Positions 9,729 through 18,847 of a stretch of 64,000 bases of DNA are shown one piece after another (position 1 is the stretch's first letter; each line of letters starts with the position of its first letter). The translations under genes were made by a program, and so were the position numbers. Under the pieces are notes generated by a model. The model was given only the letters and a program-made list of their open reading frames with translations. It had not been told where the DNA came from and ran no database searches. Origin of the DNA: Lepidodermella squamata (lineage: Eukaryota; Animalia; Gastrotricha); assembly GCA_047495785.1 (NCBI GenBank), contig JBLDXI010000031.1, positions 1,116,001 through 1,180,000 of the forward strand. The letters are read 5' to 3'.

Positions 9729-10634
9729 TCATTCGATGAGAATGACCTCGTCTTCATCCACTTGGTACCCATCCTCGTCATCTTCCTCCATTTCAGGCTC
9801 GGGCTCGCTGTTATCTGACGCCTCTTCCTCTTCTTCCATTTTCTTAGACGGTTGTTTGGCAGGTGGGATCACTATAGGGGATTGAACCTCAGATTTTTGA
9901 AGACTTTGTTGCGTTGATTCATATCGACTGTCGCTGGCAGCTGAGGCTATCATGAGTAGTTTGGGCGATTGTTCCTTGGTAGTAGATTTTTTGAGGCTCT
10001 TCTTTTTGACCAGAGAACTCGTTGGAGTGGAGGGGACTGCTGCTTTTTTAATAGCGTTGGATGGTGCTTTCTTTTTAGTGAGGGTCGTTGCATTTTTCTT
10101 GTTCCCTGGTGTCATAGTGCTCTGGAGAATTTCTAGCTGGCTGTCTACGTCTCGAATGAAGCCGGGCAAAACCTCGGTATATAGATGTCGGAATGATGCT
10201 GCGTCTATAAGAATGCCATTAACTGTAGGATAGCTGACGCCCGTATTAGCTAAGATTTCATTGAATAGAAAATTTTAAGTACTAATATATAATTTAAATT
10301 TACAGCCGTAAGGGCGAGTGAAATAACGGATGGCGACTCTGGCTGGAAGAGCTGGTGCTCGTTGTATGGAGAGTCGGACTAATTCAGCTATCAAATGACG
10401 TTCGGGAAACTCGTAGCTTGGATCCGCGATGGCGATTTCAAGCTGCCCGATCCACTCTGTGTCTTCGATGAAGTGGAGCTTGAGCGCAGCCAGAAAATCT
10501 TTAGCATCTGCTGTGAAATGGCGATGTTGGGACACGCGGTTGTTTATCCATATCGTGCCGGGCGGCCGAAAATTTATGGCATATGACGACCCGAACGAAG
10601 CTACAATGCAGTGCATTTTGGAAAGAGTGTTCAT
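9729..10634 (-). CDS. PC4/p15-like ssDNA-binding protein with basic and acidic tail; exons 10634-10304, 10249-9729
   Basis: Intron 10250-10303 (GTAAAT...CTTAG) joins two ORFs into RVAIRYFTRPYGSNTGVSYPTVNGILIDAASFRHL...IRDVD. This resembles the PC4 core (VDIREY...P..KGISL....W..L...I.DID). Confidence 0.62.
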
Positions 10635-10995
10635 TTTAATAAAGATTTAAACAAAAATTGAATAAAAAAATGAAATAATTTGATCTTTAAATAGGGCTGT
10701 GATAGGCTAAAATGAGATGGTCAGTCTCGTATTACAGGTGAAAAATGGCCTGGAGCCTAATAGCTCGGAGGCATTTCGACAAGTCTGACCGCTATTTTGA
10801 ATGTAACTTAGGATTGTTTATAGCTCTGTAGTGCTTAATAACTGTCATTAAACTTAACAGAGTTGATGAGATTATTGTTATTGTAAACAAGTAAACCACC
10901 TGCTTAGTCATTAACTTGGTGATTTAACAGCAGTAGGTCCAGGTTGTATTTTTCATTTTTTATATATTTCCAATATTTTCAATTTTTTCAAACGA

Positions 10996-11680
10996 ATGTC
11001 TCGAGTGTGGTGTTTCATCGACGGCTGTGTTGGCGTAGGTAAAAGTTGGCTTTTAAGTCGCATGCAAAGGGAGATTGGGGAGCAGTTTAATGGCCGTGAA
11101 ATTCGTTATTTTGAAGAACCGGTTAAAGAATGGCAGCAGCGAGGTGATCTATTGGCTGCATATTATAAAGATCCACATCGGTACGCATTCGACCTACAAT
11201 GTTTAGTTCATGGAGCCATGGCTAGGCAAACCGTCGAGATTGGCCGTTTGGAGCGAAATATTGTCGTAGTCAGTGATCGCTGTTGGCTTACATCCCCTCA
11301 CGTCTTTGTGAAGTTGGCATATTCGCGGTATGGTCTTGAGTAAATTAGGAAAAATATCAATTTTCATTATTTTATTCAGCGGTTATTTGACGGATACGGA
11401 ACTGAATATGCTGCGTTGTATCTACACGCCGTTAGATGAGTGGGCACCAAAGCCGTCGAGAATGTTGTTTTTGAAGGCCCCATTGTCGATTTTGCAACAA
11501 AGGATCCAGATGCGTGGGAGAGATGGTGAGACTTCGATAGATATGGAGCACTTAGCTGCTATGGATAAAAGTTTTGACCAATTTTTTGACGATTTTTCAG
11601 CTGGGAGTAAAATAATGTTGTCTGAAACCGATAAGGAACAAATTGATATGAAGTTATTGCTTGAAAAAATAATAAATTGA
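10996..11680 (+). CDS. Deoxynucleoside kinase (dNK/dCK family); exons 10996-11327, 11380-11680
   Basis: IDGCVGVGKS P-loop, EEPV.EW, LLAAYYKDPHRYAFDLQ, SDR and RIQMRGRDGE lid. The 52-nt GTATGG...TTCAG intron restores the frame. Confidence 0.93.
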
Positions 11681-11693
11681 TCAAAGGCAGAAA

Positions 11694-12034
11694 TTAGGTA
11701 TTTTTATTTCTCCGAACGGTATGGCAAGGTAGGGCAGAGCAGTTCATCATAAAGCCAAACAGGTTATTCAATAAAAATACATTGTGGCTTTCAAGCTCGA
11801 TAATTTTCCCCATACTTAATTGGTGAAATGCATGGATGACTTGGGCAAGTTCGGTGACAGCTTGAGTAGTAGTACTATTGACGCTGAAGTTGTATACTTG
11901 CAGTGAGACGTCGATAATAGCCGAGAGTAGGCAGCAGGAAAGTAGAACAATTTGAAGACCTGTGAAAAAAAACAATGGGAATTAGATGAAAAATGAGCAA
12001 AATATTTGTAATTACGCTCAGTTGAAAGATGCAT
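11694..12034 (-). CDS. Small signal-anchored/secreted glycoprotein (~94 aa); exons 12034-12016, 11959-11694
   Basis: ATG at 12034 plus intron 11960-12015 (GTAATT...TCACAG) gives MHLSTERLQIVLLSCCLLSAIIDVSL, followed by NFS, NST and NCS sequons. Confidence 0.55.
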
Positions 12035-12148
12035 GGTTGACTGATCGACGCAGAAAATTATATGAAGACTGAGTTTGATTTTGTTAGAAAGCAGGCAAGG
12101 CATTAATCGAGATCGCGTGCTGTCTGGGCTATTTTTTTCCTACCTAAA

Positions 12149-12817
12149 TTATTTTTTTAATAGAAATAACGCGATAAATGCTTTAATCAATGACGCTGTT
12201 GTTCCAAAGCTGTGAACACCAGTGATGATAATTTTGTTGGTATGAAAAAGAAGAATTGAGAGGGAATGTTTGGCATTACATTGAAGAGGGCGAGTTCTTA
12301 AGGCGGGAAATTTCTCTGGATGATATATTAGGAAATTAGAGTGTGCGGCAGCAATATGACTTAGATTAGTCTGAAATGGAAGCTTTCCAGTAAAGACCAA
12401 ATTTTTTATTTTAATACTTGAGAGTTTGACTGGATAACCAGCTATTAGAATTTTTCGCGCAATTTTTCGAATAGCTTTTCTGGCTATAGCAAGCGACCGG
12501 GCACCTGTACATATGAGGGTGCCGGACGAATATAGCATAAGCGTTATTAGTGGATTTTTGACTCTTATAAAGAGAGCTGAAGTCATTTTTTTCGGCTTAT
12601 ATTCACAGTTTTTAAGTAGGTAGCATAGCTGTTTTAGGTCTAACTTAGTTTGAAGGGAACAAATTGTTATTGTATTGACCAGTTCGAGCTTTATGTCGAT
12701 GACGGCATTGCCGGGGAGAGCGACGGTGGTGATGTCTTTGTGCTCTGGTGAAGAAAAATAATGCCAGGAGTCTGGAAATTGTGTCTGGAACAGACAGAAC
12801 CAGCAATGTTGAGACAT
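12149..12817 (-). CDS. TBP: Divergent TATA-box-binding protein homolog encoded inside the Maverick
   Basis: Two TBP repeats: LVNTI..CSL...LDLKQL...NCEYKPKK...LYSSGTLICTGARS...ARKAIRKIARKI...GY and IKNLVFTG.LPF...L..I...H.....YHPEKFPAL...LLFHTNKIIITG. Confidence 0.9.
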   Translation of the reverse strand: MSQHCWFCLFQTQFPDSWHYFSSPEHKDITTVALPGNAVIDIKLELVNTITICSLQTKLDLKQLCYLLKNCEYKPKKMTSALFIRVKNPLITLMLYSSGTLICTGARSLAIARKAIRKIARKILIAGYPVKLSSIKIKNLVFTGKLPFQTNLSHIAAAHSNFLIYHPEKFPALRTRPLQCNAKHSLSILLFHTNKIIITGVHSFGTTASLIKAFIALFLLKK

Positions 12818-13110
12818 TTATCAATCGCCTCGCATAGAGACGTGTTGATGTTGGGTGTGAAACAGATGGCAATGAAACTGTCTTGTGGCTTCAGATTAGG
12901 TTTAACTATTACAGATGCCTTCGACTTTTTCTTAATTGATTGATTAATTATGCTCTTTCGAGAAGCGGGTTTGCCTTTGACTGCGGACGGAGGCGGTAGC
13001 TCGTGTCTGGTTGGTGATGATGGCGAGGACGTAGAGTTGGAATTAAAAATATCAGCAAAGTTAGGGGATCCGATGTCAAAATTGAATGATTTTGAGGAGC
13101 ATTCATTCAT
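12691..13110 (-). CDS. Hypothetical S/P/K-rich protein overlapping the TBP 5' end
   Basis: Open frame with ATG at 13110, overlapping TBP by ~127 nt in another frame. No recognisable family. Confidence 0.4.
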   Translation of the reverse strand: MNECSSKSFNFDIGSPNFADIFNSNSTSSPSSPTRHELPPPSAVKGKPASRKSIINQSIKKKSKASVIVKPNLKPQDSFIAICFTPNINTSLCEAIDKCLNIAGSVCSRHNFQTPGIIFLHQSTKTSPPSLSPAMPSST

Positions 13111-13349
13111 ATTAGAAAATATGAAAGTTAACAAATGAGAAAAATAGGAAAAGTGAAAAAAGTGAGGAAAAAAGGTGCTCTTATATGAACAAAATGAAAA
13201 TGTTGCTAGAAAAAAAATGCTTTTATTCTCGATATTTAGCTAAAATAGGTGAATTAAGCAGCGGCGGATGTAAATGTCTTTGTAAGTCTTATAATGCTAA
13301 TTTTTACGCTCAAACAGCACGTAATTCGTGGACCCGCTGTAGTGTGCCC

Positions 13350-14264
13350 CTATCCTCCTCCTTTACTTTCGCGTGCAGTCTCCTGGAGTACGCGAATTTG
13401 TTTTCCGAAATATAGCAGCAACAGCAGTGGCTTGACGCAATAAACCCTGATGAATTCTTCATCTTTGAATTTTCCTGGATTCTCCGGATCCTCAGGATTT
13501 TCCGCTCGCTGCGCGTAAAGCTCGAGGACCATATCAATTTCATCTACTACGTCTCTCCTCTCCTTCAGTCTGTCCTCAGATCCGATTTTCGCAATAGTTG
13601 ACGACTTGGGCACCTTAGTTTCCACAAAAGTGCCGGTATTTGTAGGAAGCGCATTCGCCATCTGGGCCTCGCCGCAAATTTTACGGTTCAGACCGCGCTT
13701 CAACTTCGCTGGTTTTTCGTACTGCAATTGTCGAGCGAATTCTTTGCGCTTTTCTCCAGTTATACGGCGCGGTTTAGGCAGACCAGCCTCATGGTTGACC
13801 GGTTTATTCGGCCGAAGAAATATCTCAATTTCCTGCGCAGCATCAGGTTGAAGATTTGAGAATATATCAAATTCTCTGCAGCTGCTCGACCCACAATAAG
13901 CATTCCCGACCAATTCGTGGGTTTTTTTCAATTTTTTCGCATATCGAAAATTGATGGTACATTCCCCTGAAATTGGGGCAACTTTGTTGTCGAATATTAC
14001 CGACCATCCTGGCTGCAGCGCTCCTCGTTTATCGATCTCGATAGTGTCAAACTGCTCTTTGGCCATTTTGAATGATAGGCTCCGCATCGACGGATCTGAC
14101 TCCTCATTCGACGCTGGTGCTGCTGAGGTGGTGCTGGTGCAGCTATCGTGAGGCTGTTTAGTTGCTGGTTTCGGGGCGAAATATTGTGGCAAATGCCTTC
14201 TCATGACAGTATACAGGTGACTGCGTCTTTTCAGAGTGTTATCGCCATGTAACCTGCCGGCCAT
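13350..14264 (-). mobile_element. 3'-truncated NOF-FB/Mutator-like transposase N-terminal fragment
   Basis: C...C...H followed by RRITGEKRKEF...L and FIRVYCVKPLLLLLY...QIRVL resembles the region preceding the first catalytic Asp of NOF/MULE transposases. The ORF stops before any DDE core. Confidence 0.55.
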
Positions 14265-16763
14265 TGACGCAAAAACACCGACTTCGGGATTTGGACCTGT
14301 AATGAATGCAATCTTATGTTATTCCGATATGTACATATTCCTGGATTTTTGTATTCTTTTAACTATTGAAACTAATTACTGCAAACTAATTCACCCATTT
14401 ATACCTTATTAGTAAACTATACAGCGTGTCCCATAAGTTGCGCGACTATTTTTCAATTTTCCAAAATTTATGAGCGAGAATTAAAATATTTTTCCGAAAT
14501 TAAGCCTGACGGGAGAATGTTCCATCATTCATCCACGAAATTAACGAAAAAATTGAAAAAAATCCGGAGAAAACTCGGAAACCCCCGATGGTAACTGGTT
14601 CGGTAATTTTCGTTATTATACCCGGTTGGGCTAAATTTCTCGGGTTGGGAAATTCGGAATGTAGAATGTAGCAAATTTGTTCCTAATTAATTTTCCTGCA
14701 CTCCAGAATTGCTGTTTCCTTTTTGTCCTTATCTATGAGCTAAGGATATAATGGGTCCTAACTTTGGAGAAAGCAAGTTTTAAAATGTTTAAAATTTTGA
14801 TTTTCGTCTAAAATGTGATTTTCCTGTCATCCACGACCAAAACGGTCGGAGAAAAAATATCCTCCGAACCTCGCACCTCATGATTGATTCAAGATAATAC
14901 AAAAAGCTTGTAAACAAACCTGTTCCACTTGGGATCAGAGGTTGATCCTTCATAAAATCCTTGATTTTGTTTATCAAGACATCGTCATCCTCCTTGGACG
15001 ATTCCATAGCGCCAGAAAACGTAATCAAAACTATAGCAAGTTAAGGAATAAACAATAAGTATATGTGCAGATTTCGTCAACATAAGGAATTGAACGTATA
15101 AGGAATAATAAGGGGCATATATTGAAACGTTCATGGCTCATATAAAGGACGTCAACGCCGGTGCGGAATATGCGGCCTGCTTCTTCAAGTAGCGAAAATC
15201 GGTGATAATATTTTAGAATTGTGGGAAATACGTTTAGGTATATATGTGTAATTTTGAACACCCTGCCTTTAATCGTTTCCTCATATGTTCCGTATGTCAT
15301 GTTACCGCTTCTGCCGTTGTTTCAGCCGTGGAGTCTCCTCTCTTCTTTGTGCGCCGCACACCGAATCACCGTTATTGACGGTATTTTATAGTATTACCAT
15401 TAATTAATATAATTACCGCACCGGTTATATTATATATAGGGCGCGGCGGCGCACTGGCCGACGCACGCGCCCCTCATTTCAGCTCTATCGCTGTAAGCGT
15501 AAAAGGCACCTAATATTACACCTCGCCGCCGGTGATCGCAAACGACTGATTATCTGAAATCAGTATCCGAGTCAAAAAATGCGTATGACTGTTTCGGGTT
15601 GAAATAAGCCGTACTTTTATTGTCTGCCTCAATTTTATTTCTGTAATGGCTTTATGAGGGCTGTTAATTATTGCCTACTATGGACAATTTTGGATCAGCT
15701 GCAGCAAGATTCGTCGAATAAGACCAGGAAATATTTCAGCGCCGATAAATACCAGTCGTTAACAATAAAACTCGAGTAGTGACAGCATCTAATTTATTGA
15801 TCCTGAAAATTATCAATTACGAAACATCGATTCCGATTTGGTATTTATTTCAATTTCCGCCGCTATCAGAGGTCCGTCATTGCATCAAATCGCAAAATGA
15901 ATACCATAACAAGATTCAGCATAGTCGAATTAATAATTCCTGAAAAATTGGCACACATAACAGCTGTACCAAGCACAGAAGCTGCGAAAATATGTCTTGA
16001 AACACCCTATTTCAATGAAAAGTGTCCCGAACTGGGTCATAACAGTTTCCAATCTGAAATCTGACGCTGCCACGAGAATCAGCAGGGTCGAAAACCCCCA
16101 TAACAGTCAACTGAGCACGAGAAGCCACATAATAAGCGCAAAAGCTAAGAAAATTGTGTTGTGGACACCCTAAAACTTGAAGTCACAAGCCAAATTTGGC
16201 TTCTGAGCGACAGGTGCGTCGGGTATTGGCAAAATTAGTGCCAATCGACTCCAATGAGCCATAACAACTATCCCACAAAGCGGCAATTCTATAACAGCGG
16301 TGGTTTTCACAGAAGCCAAATTTGGCTTGTGACTTCAAGGCAGTAATTATGACCCGTCGTCGTGCAAGCAAAAAATGGTTTATTTGCGGCTGTAATAATT
16401 TTCATGCCGCGTGTTGAATTCGTGGTTGAGCTATAATTATGCGCGCTTAATTAGAGGGCGCGGTTAGTAGGCTAGCTTAAAGCAAGACTTCTTGTTGCCA
16501 GCACTCAGCACCTCGCCCCTCGCCAAGCCCGGAATAACCATTGAAAGTAGTAAAAATGAAAAAAGCGTTGAAAAGAATTCGGGAAAACTAGAAGTAGAAT
16601 ATAATATCAATTTTGCAAATACTTACGCAGTCCCGTAGAAAACGTCTAGCTCCTGACGTCATTTGGGGTAAAAATTTGTTAAATCGCCGAGTTTTTTATA
16701 CGCAGCTTTTACAGAAATATCTAAGTGATGCGAATTATAATCAACTCAACCTTTCGAGAGATA

Positions 16764-16924
16764 CAGGGTTGTGACCGATAAAAAAATGGAAATTGTTGGG
16801 TGATCCTGGCGGGCCAATTTGCAATTTAGCCAAGTAAGGCTAACGACTCGTAAAATTAGGCTCTTATCAGGTCGTTCATTGTTGCGCCACAAAAATGTTC
16901 ACTTTTCCTTCGATCGCAACCCTG
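16764..16924. mobile_element. Putative MITE
   Basis: Ends CAGGGTTGTGACCGA and TCGATCGCAACCCTG are inverted repeats (13/15 match) around ~130 bp of non-coding sequence. Confidence 0.45.
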
Positions 16925-18847
16925 AAAGCCAAAATCGTCAAAAGAATAGCATAGCATAGCATTTTCTTTATTTTATCTTTTCCTAATTGATCAATTAATT
17001 GATCAAAAATAACATAACAATAACAATTGAGTACAAGTACAGAGACGAAGAAAAAATAAGAAGGAAAAATGATAAAATAAAATTCACTCCGGTGTACCCA
17101 ATTCGCCGGGCGTGATGTAAATTTTGTTCACTCCAAGCGAACCGAGTGTCAAAGGAGGACCGGTAGCAAGCTATCGTCAAACTCAAAACTCACCCTTAAT
17201 CCGATATTTCAGTTTCACCAAAATAACAATGAATTTTATTGTCACAGTCAAATCCGATAAATTTAGGTAAGCGGGTAACATTTATTTACATAATGTGATC
17301 AACTTTCAGCCGATCAACTTTCAGCCTGGGCTTCCTGAAATGCCGGGGAAAATAAAATAAAACGCCCTTTCTTCCACAGCCATTCCCGGATCCGTGGTCA
17401 TTTGTGAGTAAAATTACCATAGACAACTCTATACAGATCGGAAACTAGCGATCTTCCTATAGTAAATAAATTCACACCAAAACTTGAAAAAGTGGGCACG
17501 CGACCTTCATTTTTATTCACTCATCGCCCTATCCGCCCATAGTAATTTTTCCAATTTTTAATTATTTTCTAAAATTCCCTGAGAAAATGTTTCATTTCCG
17601 ACAAATTTCAAACAAATTTTGCGGAATACTAGAAGCGCTCCTCTATCGAATGAGTCCCGTCTCATGAGACGGTTTTTTTTCTAACTTTTTTTAAATTATC
17701 TCAAAGTTGGTCACTTTTACGAAAAATCGCCATTTCAAGAGTCTTTCAGGACGGTAAAATTTTTCATTTTGAGCCGAAAAATTCCGAGAAAAATACTATG
17801 ATCTTATTCGATTTTTGCTCTGTCCAAAGATAAAAAACTTCTCTATCCAAGAGCTGATCAGAATTTTTTGAATTTCGCGAAATTTGCATTCGCTTGATAA
17901 TACTTTGAGCGAGCTAAAAATAGCTACAAAAAACCTAATAACTATTTTAAGATTTAGCAGTATCACGCAAAATCCCAATATTACAAGTCAGAAAATTTCG
18001 CGAAATTCGAAAAAAATTCTGATTTGCTCAAGTCGGAATAAATCATGGAACAGTTGAGTTTTCATGAATGACTTTGGTAATGAAAGCCAAAATTTGAACC
18101 AAAGAACGCATTTTAACAAAAACCATTTTTATTGAACGCTTAAACTGTGAGAGATGAGCTTATAAACAATCAAAATTGTCAGTTCTGAATATTTGATATG
18201 CACCGTGCAGCTATTTACTTGAAAACTGGCGTCGACCGTGAACTGGCGTGATTCAAACCGGTTCATCAATCTGTACAGGATCATCGCCCAGCAATGCCAG
18301 TCGCTTCGCATAGAGATTTTCATCCGAAAATCGTTGATCAGCTTAGTCGGCGAATCGTTTCCTGGAATTTTTCACCGTTCCAATCGTCTCAAACGCATAT
18401 TCGCTGCAGTTATTCAGCAATTCCTTCAAAGTAATCGCCGTCGTCGCCGTCGGACTGAACGCCGGAATCTGATTGGCCAAGATGAAATTCGGACTTTTGC
18501 TGGAGTAGTGCAATATCTTGAGCATTGCGGTTTTCACGAGCTGATTGGTGTTGATGCCAGCTGCCAGCATACTGCATTTGGTTAGAATCTACTGCGTTTC
18601 CGAGAAGTGATTTCCACCAAAAAAAATGCAGTCTCTTTCAACGCCGTTAAGGACTCCTTAATTTTTTCTTGTTCAGCTTTTTGTAATTTGTCGAGACTAA
18701 CGCCGAAATTAGACGCTCTTTGAATGGAAGGTTTCTCATTGCAAATCTGGAGTAGATGGCTACTTTGTTATCACGTCGCATCCATGGCACTTTCACAACC
18801 CATGGTCTTCTGCAGTTTTCAGGCTAATTCTGTTTTTCCTCTGGAAT

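Larger units (their letters stand above)
1..13367. mobile_element. Maverick/Polinton-like endogenous dsDNA virus, right arm (left part incl. integrase/minor capsid presumably outside window); intron-containing
   Basis: Clustered hallmark genes: MCP C-terminus, adenain-like protease, A32-like ATPase and pPolB, with overlapping or abutting start/stop codons. Right boundary is approximate, taken where the neighbouring NOF-like ORF is cut (minus strand begins AGTAAAGGAGG at 13367). Confidence 0.93.

Noticed and set aside
1-13367. Retroviral-like integrase, minor capsid or fusogen genes
   Set aside because: No such motifs seen in the window; they may lie upstream of position 1.
14300-18100. Short ORFs and possible TIR fragments (e.g. 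TACAGCGTGTCCC at ~14420)
   Set aside because: No recognisable protein motifs and no matching partner repeat found by eye.
18129-18840. Extra C-terminal domain of the kinase-ankyrin gene
   Set aside because: Looks coding-like but has in-frame stops, and I could not define a confident splice path.
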